This document shows, one piece after another, positions 25,683 to 37,320 of a DNA stretch of 64,000 bases; position 1 is the stretch's first letter; the number at the start of each line of letters is the position of its first letter. Below the pieces are notes generated by a model, which saw only the letters and a list, made by a program, of their open reading frames with translations, had not been told where the DNA came from and searched no databases. This DNA comes from Octopus sinensis (Eukaryota): contig NC_043023.1 in NCBI RefSeq assembly GCF_006345805.1, forward strand, positions 3,472,001 to 3,536,000, given 5' to 3'. The position numbers and the translations under genes are program-made.

Positions 25683-25965
25683 ATCATCATCATTTAACGT
25701 CCGCTTTCCATGCTAGCATGGGTTGGACGGTTCAACTGGTCTGTGAAGCCAGAAGGCTGCTTCAGGCCCAGTCTGATCTGGCAGTGTTTCTACGGCTGGA
25801 TGCCCTTCCTGACGCCAACCACTCCGAGAGTGTAGTGGGTGCTTTTTACGTGCCAGACGGAGGTGGCAGGCGGCCACGGACGGATGGTGCTTTTTACGTG
25901 CCACCGGCACAGGGGCCAGACGAGGCTGGCAACGGCCACGAACGGATAGTGCTTTTTACATGCCA
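25683..25965 (-). mobile_element. Third SINE-like family with (GAT)n tail (also 8468-8690, 17290-17770 plus, 21430-21945, 26853-27340, 37955-38200, 48070-48245, 55080-55345)
   Basis: Conserved ...gagtggttggcgttaggaagggcatccagc...ttaaacgatgatgatg. Confidence 0.75.
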
Positions 25966-26171
25966 TTGCTACTTTTCGGTGTCAAATTTTAGAATTTTTT
26001 TTCTTGTATTATTCAAGATACATCACTTAACTGTGATTGGTTCAACAGGTATCGTGAAATTTACTCATATGGTTTCCTTTAACTGAATGGAAAAAATAGT
26101 AGGAACTTTAAGAGCCTGTGCAAATTGATGAAGTTCAGTCTGCAAGATGCCAAAAATACAACTGAAGCAGT

Positions 26172-26332
26172 ATGCTGCAAGGAGACCATGTCCCTGATTC
26201 AAATGATAGTGAAGCTGAAGTAGAAGACAACGGAAACCAAGGAAGATGCATCAATGGACTCTGGGCCTTTGGACTGAAGAACGGTGGAAATTGTCGCTAT
26301 TTTTATGTAGAAAAAAATGAAATCCTAAAACA
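26172..26332 (+). mobile_element. Merlin/IS1595-like transposase fragment at a duplication junction
   Basis: Translates QGDHV...NQGRCINGLWAFGLKNGGNCRYFYVEK, resembling the Merlin/ISXO2 motif GxxVxIDE...NRGR....WVFG....R.F.V..R (recognised by eye). Confidence 0.55.
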
Positions 26333-26356
26333 CTGATTGGGATATATACCCTTTCT
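26333..26356 (-). pseudogene. Partial duplicate of rps13 exon 2 with intact acceptor
   Basis: ctctctgcag|AAAGGGTATATATCCCAATCAG: the first 20 nt of exon 2 with a 2-nt TA insertion, then unrelated sequence. Confidence 0.85.
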
Positions 26357-26640
26357 GCAGAGAGAGAGAGAGAGAGAGAACATTATTATTATTGCTACAA
26401 ACAGCAGCATAACCCATTCAAACACTTTCTGGTCACAAAAGATTCTATCCTCAACCAAAATTCAAAACTCTGCAAGAAAAGCTATTATATTCTGAGTGTA
26501 GTTGCTGCTATTTCTAGCTACAATCTTCATTTAACCCTTTATCTTTTAAACCAGCTAGACCTGGCCCCTCACACCTATGCTACAATGTTATTCTAAAAGA
26601 ATAAGCAATCACATCATCAAAATCTAAGAGAAACAAGGCA

Positions 26641-26721
26641 GTCATTCAGAAAAACTATACTCGTCAGGAGTAAAAAGATTACTCGGAGAGCTGGGGTTAG
26701 TTTCAATAACATCATAATGAC
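26641..26721 (-). ncRNA. snR69-like box C/D snoRNA, intron 1 copy 2 (D' = CCGA)
   Basis: Near-identical to the 25422 copy except that box D' is mutated CTGA>CCGA. Confidence 0.68.
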
Positions 26722-27425
26722 TTAGGATAGGAACAGATTATATTACAGGGATCAAACCCTCATCAAGGACAGATAGTTGGGTGTGATCTACAACATAAAG
26801 GGCGATTACTTTAGGTTACTTTCTAGTTTACTTCTCAATTTCTTAAGACTTTCATCATCATCATCGTTTAGCGTCCGTTTTCCATGCTGGCATGGGTTGG
26901 ACGGTTCTACTGGGGTCTGTGAAGCCAGAAGGTTGCACCAGGCCCAGTCAAATCTGGCAGTGTTTCTACGGTTGGATGCCCTTCCTAACGCCAACCACTC
27001 TGTGAGTATAGTGGGTGCTTTTTACGTGCCAGACAGAGCTGGCAAACGGCCACGAACGGATGGTGCTTTTTACGTGCCACCGGCACGAGGCCAGTCAGGG
27101 CGGCGCTGGCAACTGTCACGAAACGTTCTCTTACATGCCACCAGCACTGGTAACACATCTGCAATTTCCATTGATCAATTTCGATCCTCACTTGCCTCAA
27201 CAGGTCTTCACAAGTAGAGTTTTGTGTCCCAAGAAGGGAAGGTATGCATACGTAGGCTGGCTCCATCCCATGTAGAAGGCCACGGGTTATGGACTCACTC
27301 GTCCTGCCGGGTCTTCTCGCGCACAGCACACTTCCAGAGGTCTCGGTCTAACGGTGCAAAAGCCATGGTTGCCAAACTCATCAGTTTATCCTCACTGGAA
27401 ATGTTTTCTCTATTATACTGATTAA

Positions 27426-27647
27426 CCCTTTAGTGTTCACATTATTCTGCCAAAATTAATCCTTTTTCATCTACATTGTTTTGAACTAATCGGGCATTAT
27501 CTTGTAGATATGAGATTTTGATGGAGGTAGCTGTTAATTTTTAAAACGATATTGTAGGGTTGGTGTGAGAGACCAGATCTGGCCAGTTTGAACATAAAAT
27601 AGGCAGAATACTTTCGGCCAGATATGGCCGGTTTAAATGCTAAAGGG
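27426..27647. mobile_element. piggyBac-like MITE inserted in duplication unit 2
   Basis: TTAA-ccctt...aaaggg-TTAA. Absent from units 1 and 3. Confidence 0.8.
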
Positions 27648-27889
27648 TTAAAATAAAATCCATTGCTACCTTTCAGTGTCAAATTTTAGAATTTTTTTTC
27701 TTATATTATTCAAGATGCATCATTTAATTGTTAGAGGTACTGAATCAATATGATTGGTTCTACATGTATCGTGAAATTTATTCATATGGTTTCCTTTAAC
27801 TATCATGGAAAAAAATGGTAGGAACTTTAGAGCCTATGCAAATTGATGAAGTTCATTCTGCAGGATGCCAAAAATACAAATGAAGCAGT

Positions 27890-28048
27890 ATGCTGCAAGG
27901 AGACCATGTCCCTGATTCAAATGATAGTGAAGCTGCAGTAGAAGATAACAGAAACCAAGGAAGATGCATCAATGGACTCTGGGCCTTTGGACTGAAGAAA
28001 GGTGGAAATCGTCGCTATTTTTATGTAGAAAAAAAAAATCCTAAAACA
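27890..28048 (+). mobile_element. Second copy of the Merlin-like transposase fragment
   Basis: ORF 27890..: MLQGDHV...NRNQGRCINGLWAFGLKKGGNRRYFYVEKKNPKTL. Confidence 0.55.
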
Positions 28049-28072
28049 CTGATTGGGATATATACCCTTTCT
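28049..28072 (-). pseudogene. Second partial duplicate of rps13 exon 2
   Basis: ctttctagag|AAAGGGTATATATCCCAATCAG. The AG is retained and the same TA insertion is present. Confidence 0.85.
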
Positions 28073-28824
28073 CTAGAAAGAGAGAGAAAACATTATTATT
28101 ATTATTACTACAAAACCTGGTATAACAGCAGCATAACTCATTCAAACACTTTCTGGTCACAAAAAATTCTATCCTCAACCAAAACTCTGCTAGAAAAGCT
28201 ATTATATGCTGAGTGTAGTTGCTGCTATTTCTAGCAATAATCTTCATTTAACCCTTTGTCTTTTAAATCAGCCATGATATTCAACCTGTTTTATGTTGAA
28301 AATCAGCTGGATCTGGCCCCTCACACCCAAGCTACAATGTTATTCTCAAAAAATAACCAATCACATCATCAAAATCTCAGAGAAACAAGGCAGTGATGAT
28401 TCATTCAAAACAATGCAAATAAATATTACATTCGATGGAATCTGATATTAAACGGTTAAACAACACACAATCATAACAATCCACAGGGAATCAGATAAAG
28501 AAATAAACCAGGCAATGTTTCACTGCCAAAGCCAAAAGCAAGTAGGGATAACAACTACCAAATTCAGAATCAATTTTCTGACAGCATGTCTTGTATCTTT
28601 TTTACTTGGTTTAATCAGAAGACTACAGACATCCTGCAGCACCACCTTGAAACGTTCAGTTGAACAAATCAACCTTAATAATTTTGTTGTTTTTTTTCTT
28701 TTGGGGCCAAACCACTAAGAGATGGGTGCACACACACTTCCTCAGTTTCTATCAGCCAAATGGTCTCATGAGGCATTTGTTGGCCTGGGGCTATATAGAA
28801 GAGACTTCTAGCATATCCAACAAA

Positions 28825-28905
28825 GTCATTCAGAAAAACTGTACTCGTCAGGAGTAAAAAGATTACTCAGAGAGCTGGGGTTAGTTTCAATAACATCATA
28901 ATGAC
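28825..28905 (-). ncRNA. snR69-like box C/D snoRNA, intron 1 copy 3
   Basis: Boxes, guide and stem are intact. Confidence 0.78.
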
Positions 28906-29406
28906 TTACGATAGGAACAGATATATTACTAGGATCAAACCCTCATCAAGGACAGATACATAGAATATTCAGTGCTATTTGGGTGTGATCTACAACTTAA
29001 AAGGCGATTACTTTTCAATTTCTAAAAACCCTCAAGACTTTAACGGTGCAAAAGCCAAGGCTGCCAAACTCATCAGTCTATCCTCACTGGAAATGTTTTT
29101 CTCTATTATACTGATTTAAATAACAAAATCTATTGCAATCTTTTAGTATCAAATTTTAGAATTAATTTTGTATTATTCAAGATGCATCAGTTAACTGTTA
29201 GATGTACTGAATCCATAAGTGATTGGTTCAACAGGTACCTTGAAATATATTCATATAGTTTCCTTTAACTAAATGGAAAAAAGTGGTAGGAACTTTAGAG
29301 CCTGTGCAAATTGATGAAGGATGCCAAAAATACAACTTTTCTGAAAATTCCAAAAAATAAAAATTTTCGAAGGTGTTATACGGGGTCCTTCGAATCTGTC
29401 ATTTTC

Positions 29407-29586
29407 GGTACTATTTAAGAAGAGTGGTCTCGGTGCGCGCACTCGCGTAAGCTAGTCGATCCTTACTTTGTATTATTTATTTTGTGTTTACTTTGCTAGG
29501 TAGTCGTTGTAGGATCGACCAGTCACGACTAGCTAGAACGGAAAAGCGAGTGCGCACACCGGGACCACTCTTCTTAATTTAGTACC
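29407..29586. mobile_element. Palindromic MITE-like element, copy 1 (rps13 intron 1)
   Basis: Arms ggtacta..aagaagagtggtctcggtgcgcgcactcg / cgagtgcgcacaccgggaccactcttctt..tagtacc, plus an inner IR tcgatcct/aggatcga. Confidence 0.7.
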
Positions 29587-30191
29587 CCATTTTCTGTTCA
29601 TAATTTCAAAATAACTTGACTCCTAAAGGATGAAAGGCAAAATCGACGACGGCTGAATTTTAACTCAGCGCGAAGGATCGGTAAAAATGCCACTAAGCAT
29701 TTAATCCGGTGTGCGAATGATCCTGCTAGCTGGCCACCACAAATGTTCATCCGTTCTACTATATATAGGTACAGTTCTCGGAGGAAGTAAAGAATGTGTG
29801 CATCACCCGTTTTCGGCCTAACAAGAAACCCTAAACACTGGGTGTACGTATTCTTAACTTTCGCCTGGGGCTAATGCAGTTTCGCACGAGATCGTGTATA
29901 GACTTGGATATGGCTGGGTTTCTAAGTTCTCATCGCAACCACGTGTTTCTGGGTTCAGTCCCACTGCGTGGCAGGTTCTTATTTCTTTACTGCCCACAAG
30001 GAGCTACACAAAGAGGGGACAAACAAGACGGACGGATTAAGTCGATTATATCGACCCCAATGCGTAACTGGGGTACTATTTGAGAAGTACCTAGGAATAT
30101 AGGTACTTTTTTTCGAGAAGTTTTCCCTCAATTTTGACCCTATTATAACTAGAAACACAAGATAAATCGAAATATTACGAATAAATATTTC

Positions 30192-30363
30192 GGTACTATT
30201 TAAGAAGTGGTCCCGGTGCGCGCACTCGGGCTAGCAAGTCGTGACTAGTCGATCCTTAATTTTTTTGTTTTATTTACTTTGCTAGGTAGCCGTTGTAGGA
30301 TCGACTAGTCACGACTAGCTAGCGCGGATGCGCGCACCGGGACCACTCTTCTTGTATAGTACC
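30192..30363. mobile_element. Palindromic MITE-like element, copy 2
   Basis: Same termini and inner IR as 29407-29586. Confidence 0.7.
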
Positions 30364-30702
30364 AATTCCTAAATTTGACTATAACAATTAAGCAGGCCAA
30401 TTTTTACTCCTAAGTATAATATAGCGGTACAAAATGATGCCATATTTGCGATGAAATGATTTCAAACCGATCGGGAGAACAAAAAATTATCCATTCTACA
30501 GCAATTACTAATTTCTCCCCGCCACCCCTATACGCAACACAAAGACACAGAATATATACCAACTATGAACCCATATACACATAAAAAACCCCACTACAAA
30601 CCGAAATATATGCACATAAAGCTATATACACCCGATAAATATACACGAAACGTCGCCCCACCGTCGTCGTCCACAACACGTGCGTGTCTCCCAAAAAAAC
30701 CG

Positions 30703-30714
30703 GCCGCCATCTTG
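30703..30714 (+). promoter_or_regulatory. YY1 consensus site in rps13 intron 1
   Basis: GCCGCCATCTTG matches the YY1 consensus about 400 nt downstream of the TSS, a common location in RP genes. Confidence 0.6.
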
Positions 30715-31078
30715 TAAAGTCTCCCACATTCAGCAAAACCCAGTAATTAACCACGAATTATTAATTAATTACACCGAATGGTACAAAATATTTCACTGAA
30801 TTTGTACAGCGTGGCGATATTTACGACTCTAACATGTGAATTATAATGAAAACTCGCTCAATTGTTCATCATCCATAAAATAAATTGCATCGTCTTTAGC
30901 ATTCACAGACGACAGCACATTTCACCAATTTATTTTCAAATTTCACCCAAAAAACGAATCGAATTCACTGAAATTTGTACATCAGGGGGACATTTATGAC
31001 TTTAATGAATAAAATATAGAAAAAAATTGCTGAAGAATTCGTTAATTATCGATGAAAATTAGATTAATGTTCACTTAC

Positions 31079-31101
31079 CCTGGACAGTGCATACGACCCA
31101 T
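31079..31101 (-). CDS. rps13: 40S ribosomal protein S13 (uS15), coding exon 1 (MGRMHCPG)
   Basis: Minus strand reads ATGGGTCGTATGCACTGTCCAGG|gtaagt. 23 coding nt, the same intron position as vertebrate RPS13. Confidence 0.97.
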
Positions 31102-31116
31102 GTTGAGGAGTTGAGT

Positions 31117-31139
31117 GGGAAAGAAAGAGACCCGGATGT
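31117..31139 (-). promoter_or_regulatory. TCT/5'TOP initiator of rps13 with adjacent ETS-like CCGGATGT
   Basis: Minus strand reads TCTCTTTCTTTCCC about 16-30 nt upstream of the ATG, typical of ribosomal protein genes. CCGGATGT at 31132-31139 lies immediately upstream. Confidence 0.8.
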
Positions 31140-33259
31140 TAATATCCCATAATTCTCTGCCGCGCAGGTGGAAGACAGCTGTTTTAGTTGCGTATTTTCC
31201 GCTCGCTTAATACTGATACTATAAAGAAAGATTTAATAAAATATGGTAATATAACATCATATATGGAATATCCATATTCACATACATACATATATACTCA
31301 TTTCACCTCAATTACTACTTCAAATCCTGTTACCTATTTTCAATATATATGTGTGTGTGTGTATCTATATATAAAATCACACACATATATATGAAGTTGT
31401 GGTATGTGTTTTATTAATTGTATGTATGTATATATATATATATATATACACACACATATATATAGTCGTAAAATTTCAATAAGTGATGAGAGTGGTAACT
31501 ATACTAACAAAAAAAGGTAATCGCCACACCAAAGTGGCTGTTCCGTACCACTACTAATTTAACCCTAGGAAGATCTTCCGCCAGGCTAGGTATCGGTGCA
31601 ACGCCGCACCCAGAACATACAGATATTCCCAGCAGGGGAGCGAACCCCTACTAACCTCCAGCAGACAACAGAGACACGTTGATGTGACGATTATCTTTAC
31701 TTGTTAAGGCGGCGTGCTGGCAGAATCGTTAGCACGCCAGGCGAAATGCGTAGCCGTATTTCGTCTGCCGCAACGTTCTGAGTTCAAATTCCGCCGAGGT
31801 CAACTTTGCCTTTCATCCTTTCAGGGTCGATAAATTAAGGACCAGTTACGCACTGGCGTTGATATAATTGACTTAATCCGTTTGTCTGTCCTTGTTTGTC
31901 CCCTCTGTGTTTAACCCCTTGTGGGCAGTAAAGAAATAGGTATTTCGTCTGTCTTTACTTTCTGAGTTCAAATTCCGCCGAGGTCGACTTTGCCTTTCAT
32001 CCTTTCGGGGCCGATAAATTAAGTTGCAGTTACGTACTGGGGTCGATCTAATCGACTGGCTCCCTCTCCCCTCAAAATTTCGGGCCTTGTGCCAAGAGTA
32101 AAAACGATTATCTTTATTTATTAGTATAGTTGTTACTCTCATCTCTTATAGAGATTTTACAAAACACCATACCTCGACAGGTAGGTTGTGATAAATCCAA
32201 AAGCATGCGAAGTAAAGTTTGAGTTTGGGTTCTCTTCATTGTTTAGTAGTAATTGCTGAGACAGATAGAATGATGTTGTAAGAGAACAGAATTAGAGCTA
32301 GTGAGAGTTGCTGACAGTAAATTTCATTTCTCCCTCTGACCAAGGTTCTAGCTGGTCAGCCAGACTACATTCTCACTGAGTTGTCACTGACTGGTGACTA
32401 ACTCTGTTGAGTCGTCACAACTGTGATGAACTGATTTTTGCTTGGGGTGTGCTTGCTTATATAACTATCCAGAAGGATAGATATATCATTGAGAACAATA
32501 GATTTAGTTGGTGGTCTTGTTATCTCAATTCTCTTTTCGTGAAGTAGAAGCGGTTCGAAAGACATTATTTCGGCCTAGCTAAAGGCATCTGGAAAATGTA
32601 AAACTGTTGTCAGAGAAAAACCATTGTTCCTTCATGGGAAAAGCTCTGTTGCAAGGTTAATTTAAATTTAGCTATGGTGGATCGAATCCACTTCGTGCAT
32701 GCAAGATTCAGCACATACATATATATAAACTCCAAGAAAGTTAGAGGTTGGGAAACCAACCAACTAAGGGATAATATATATCCAATATGCTGCTGGTAGA
32801 AAACCCAATTATTAATACACAAGTGTTTTTTATTGCATTGAAATTACATTACCGAGTGTACTAAATGGGTGAAGGTAAAGAGATATTTTACCAAAGCAAT
32901 AACAAAATGGAGGGGATCAATAGGTGGTTCATCAACTTTTAGACATTATAACTTAACCTTATGTACTTTCTAAAATCTCTGACAAAGCCTAGAGAAACAC
33001 CGAAGAACTTCAGTAGAATGAGGCAGTTTTGCCTCTTGGCTGAAACAGCTGTAAGATATTTTCCCAATTTCTATTCCTGTATGTTATATATTTTAATAAT
33101 TACTGGTATCTTTATATATTATATATGTAAAGCATAATATGTTATATATGTATGTATATTCTTGTAATTGTCATTTTAGTAAATAAATAAATAAAATGAC
33201 ATAATATAATGTCTAAAAGTTGATGAACCACCTATTGATCCCTTCCATTTTCTTATTGC

Positions 33260-33347
<88 letters not shown>

Positions 33348-34944
33348 TATTTATAACAATAATTAAGGGTTTTAGCAATGAGTTGCTTCACCACATACCG
33401 AAAAATTTAGAAATAGCAGCCAAGAGACTGTTATTTCTTTTCACTACAAAATATGACTCTACAGACAACCCTCTCTGTAACTCACAGGCAAAAAAGAAGG
33501 AAAAGAATGAAATCAAACAGGAAATGAGTTTTATAACTCTAATCCAGAAACACGTCCATAATTAACCGAAGACTGTTTCATTTCATTATTTTCCCTCTTT
33601 TTTTTTAGCCTGTGTGAGTTACAGAGAGGTTTGTCTGTGGAGTCATATTTTGTAGCGAAAAGAAATAACGGCCTTTTGGCTGCTATTTCTAAATTTTTCG
33701 GTATATGATTAAGCACCTCATTGCTAAACCCTTAATTATTGTTATAATTATATATAAAACTTGTTGGACAAGTTTTTACTGAATATGGTTCCTTTCCATA
33801 CCGAAACTACTTGGTGAAATTTATTAATTATAAATTAATCATTTATTACCCAATATCTATTATATATATATATATATATATTTTTTATTTTACTTGTTTC
33901 AGTCATTTGACTGCGGCCATGCTGGAGCACCGCCTTTAGTCGAGCAAATCGACCCCGGGACTTATTCTTTGTAAGCCCAGTACTTATTCTATCGGTCTCT
34001 TTTTGCTGAACTGCTAGGTGACGGGGACATAAACACACCAGCATCGGTTGTCAAGCAATGCTAGGGGGACAAACACAGACACACAAGCACACACACATAC
34101 ATATATATATAATATATACATATATACGACAGGCTTCTTTCAGTTTCCATCTACCAAATCCACTCACAAGGCATTGGTCGGCCTGGGGCTATAGCAGAAG
34201 ACACTTGCCCAAGGTGCCACGCAGTGGGATTGAACCCAGAACCATGTGGTTGGTTAGCAAGCTACTTACCACACAGTAATATAATAAATAACTAAAATAT
34301 ATGCATATATACATACATATATGTACATACTTACATCTACATGTATATATATAAATATATATATGAGTACAGGACGCCACAAATAAACGTAGAACACAAC
34401 GAGAGACGAAAACATAAAATCAAACAAGGAAACGGACTTTTTTTAAACAACGAAAAAACAGAGTACAGGACAAACAATACAAGGAAAATTCCCCTTCATC
34501 AGCTGTCCCTGGTTTGACTCAATGTGTGTTTCGAATGTAAGGACAGAACACAGTCGAAGCAGTCCTTCCTGCAAAAGGAATTAAATAAAATTCTTTTGCA
34601 GAGGGGTAAAACAATATATATATATATATATGTATGTATATATATATATATGTTGATTACGTTTTATGACGTCCTGTACCTATATATGCATTACACGCAT
34701 ATATATTTTATGTGTTTGCAATTGGAACTGTAATCAACAGTGAACACTGGATATGTATCATATGAGACTATGTTCTGTTGTCAAAAGTAGGATACGTGAA
34801 CCACATGAAGTCACATGAAAATCATAATGCCCAGATAGGTAATGATCTTGGACACCAACCATCTATTACGACTTGTGTCATATGTCACAAAACTGATGAA
34901 GGGATATTATTAAAATGGACCAAATTTAGCATCATGGTGATATC

Positions 34945-36088
34945 TATTTCTTTACTACCCACAAGGGGCTAAACACAGAGAGGACAAACAAATAGATTAA
35001 GTCGATTACATCGACCCTAGTGTGTAACTGGTATTTATTTAATTGACCCTGAAAGGATGAAAGGCAAAGTTGACCTCGGTAGAATTTGAACTCAGAACGT
35101 AACGGCAGACGAAATACCTATTTCTTTACTACCCACAAGGGGCTAAACACAGAGAGGACAAACAAGGACAGACAAACAGATTAAGTCGATTACATCGACC
35201 TCAGTGCGTGCATAACTGGTACTTATTTAATCGACCCCGAAAGGATGAAAGGCAAAGTCAACCTCGGTAGAATTTGAACTCAGAACGTTAAGACAGACGA
35301 AATACCTATTTCTTTACTACCCACAAGGGGCTAAACACAGAGAGGACAAACAAATAGATTAAGTCGATTACATCGACCCTAGTGTGTAACTGGTATTTAT
35401 TTAATTGACCCTGAAAGGATGAAAGGCAAAGTTGACCTCGGTAGAATTTGAACTCAGAACGTAACGGCAGACGAAATACCTATTTCTTTACTACCCACAA
35501 GGGGCTAAACACAGAGAGGACAAACAAGGACAGACAAACAAGGACAGACAAACAGATTAAGTCGATTACATCGACCTCAGTGCGTGCATAACTGGTACTT
35601 ATTTAATCGACCCCGAAAGGATGAAAGGCAAAGTCAACCTCGGTAGAATTTGAACTCAGAACGTTAAGACAGACGAAATACCTATTTCTTTACTACCCAC
35701 AAGGGGCCAAACACAGAGGGGACAAACAAACAGATTAAGTCGATTACATCGACCCCAGTGTGTAACTGGTATTTATTTATTGACCCTGAAAGAATGAAAG
35801 GCAAGGTCGACCTCGGCGGAATTTGAACTCAGAACGTAGCGGCAGACGAAATACCTATTTCTTTACTACCCACAAGGGGCTAAACACAGAGAGGACAAAC
35901 AAGGAAAAACAAACGGATTAAGTCGATTACATCAACCCCAGTGCGTAACTGGTACTTATTTAATCGACCCCGAAAGGATGAAAGGCAAGGTCGATCTCGG
36001 CGGAATTTGAACTCAGAACGTAACGGCAGATGAAATACCACTAAGCATTTCCCCGGCGTGCTAACGTTTCTGCCAGCTCGCCACCTTA
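34945..36088 (-). repeat. Head-to-tail array of six units (~175-200 bp) of a second, Nin-domain-like SINE
   Basis: Units start at ~34945, 35119, 35307, 35481, 35683 and 35856. Core ggtcgactttgcctttcatcctttcggggtcga. The A-box head occurs only once, at ~36040-36088. Confidence 0.85.
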
Positions 36089-36440
36089 ATTTGGCATCAT
36101 CGTGATATCAACTTTCTGCAGAAAAGGCTGGAGTATCATCCTCTGATGTACAAACAAAGCTGATATGGTTGCTATATAAGGGGATGATGCTCCAGCTTTA
36201 TCAATAGTGCAAAAGTGGACAGTTGAATTTAGAAGAGGAAGAGAGAATCTTAAAGATGCCATAACCAAGGAAAACATTGAACGTGTTCACCACATGGTGA
36301 TGGATGACAGGCAACCAACTGTAAATCAAAGAACCAGTTTTATTAGCATATCCTGTTAGAAAGTCGTGAATATTCTGCTCAGTGAACTTGGCATGACAAA
36401 GGTTTTTGCTTGATGGGGCTGACATCTGATGAGGTGAAGT
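36088..36440 (+). mobile_element. Degenerate mariner transposase N-terminal fragment
   Basis: GDDAPALSIVQKWTVEFRRGRENLKD..ITKENIERVHHMVMDDRQ...LSELGMTKV resembles the mariner HTH region, with stops and frameshifts. Confidence 0.75.
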
Positions 36441-36519
36441 GCATGACTGTATAATGTTTATATTGTTGTGATGAAATTATTTCAGCAGATTGATGAAACA
36501 TGCTTATGTCTTATTTCTT

Positions 36520-37320
36520 TATTTCCCACAAGGGGCTAAACATAGAGGGGACAAACAAGGACAGACAAAGGGATTAAGTCTATTACATCGACCCCAGTGC
36601 ATAACTGGTACTTAATTTATCGACCCCGGCAGAATTTGAACTCAGAATGTAATGGCAGACGAAATACCGCTAAGCATTTCACTTGGCATGCTAATGATTC
36701 TTATTTCTTTATTGCCCACAAGGGGCTAAACACAGAGGGGACAAACAAAGACAGACAAAGGGATTAATTCGATTACATCAACCCTAGTGTGTAACTAGTA
36801 CATAATTTATTGACCCCGAAAGGATGAAAGGCAAAGTCGACCTCAGCGGAATTTGAACTCAGAACGTAACGGCAGACGAAATACCTATTTCTTTATTACT
36901 CACAAGGGCTGAAATATAGAGGGGACAAACAAGGACAGACAAAGGGATTAAGTCGATTACATCGACCCCAGTGCATAACTGGTACTTAATTTATCGACCC
37001 CAAAAGGATGAAAGGCAAAGTCAACCTTGGTGGAATTTGAACTCAGAACGTAATGGCAGACAAAATACCTATTTCTTTATTACCCACAAGGGGCTAAACA
37101 CAGAGGGGACAAACAAGGACAGACATAGGTATTAAGTCGATTACATCGACCCCAGTGCGTAACTGGTACTTAATTTATCGACCCCGAAAGGATGGAAGGC
37201 AAAGTCGACCTAGGCGGAATTTGAACTCACAACGTAACGCAGACGAAATACCGCTAGGCATATCGCCCGGCATGCTAACATTTCTTATTTCTTTATTGCC
37301 CACAAGGGGCTAAACATACT
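36520..37320 (-). repeat. Second concatemer of the same SINE body
   Basis: Four to five joined units. Similar multimers occur at 11260-11650, 23270-23650, 31700-32110 and 41005-41700. Confidence 0.8.

Larger units (their letters stand above)
24841..29335. repeat. Three-unit tandem duplication in rps13 intron 1 (units ~24841-26332, 26333-28048, 28049-29335)
   Basis: Each unit starts with ctgattgggata(ta)tacccttt-ct (5' half of exon 2 plus acceptor) and shares colinear blocks, including one snoRNA. The units differ by independent SINE and MITE insertions. Confidence 0.9.

Noticed and set aside
31560-31690. GC-rich segment upstream of rps13 with a T-arm-like hairpin (aggggttcgctcccct)
   Set aside because: No other tRNA arms and no recognisable ncRNA family.
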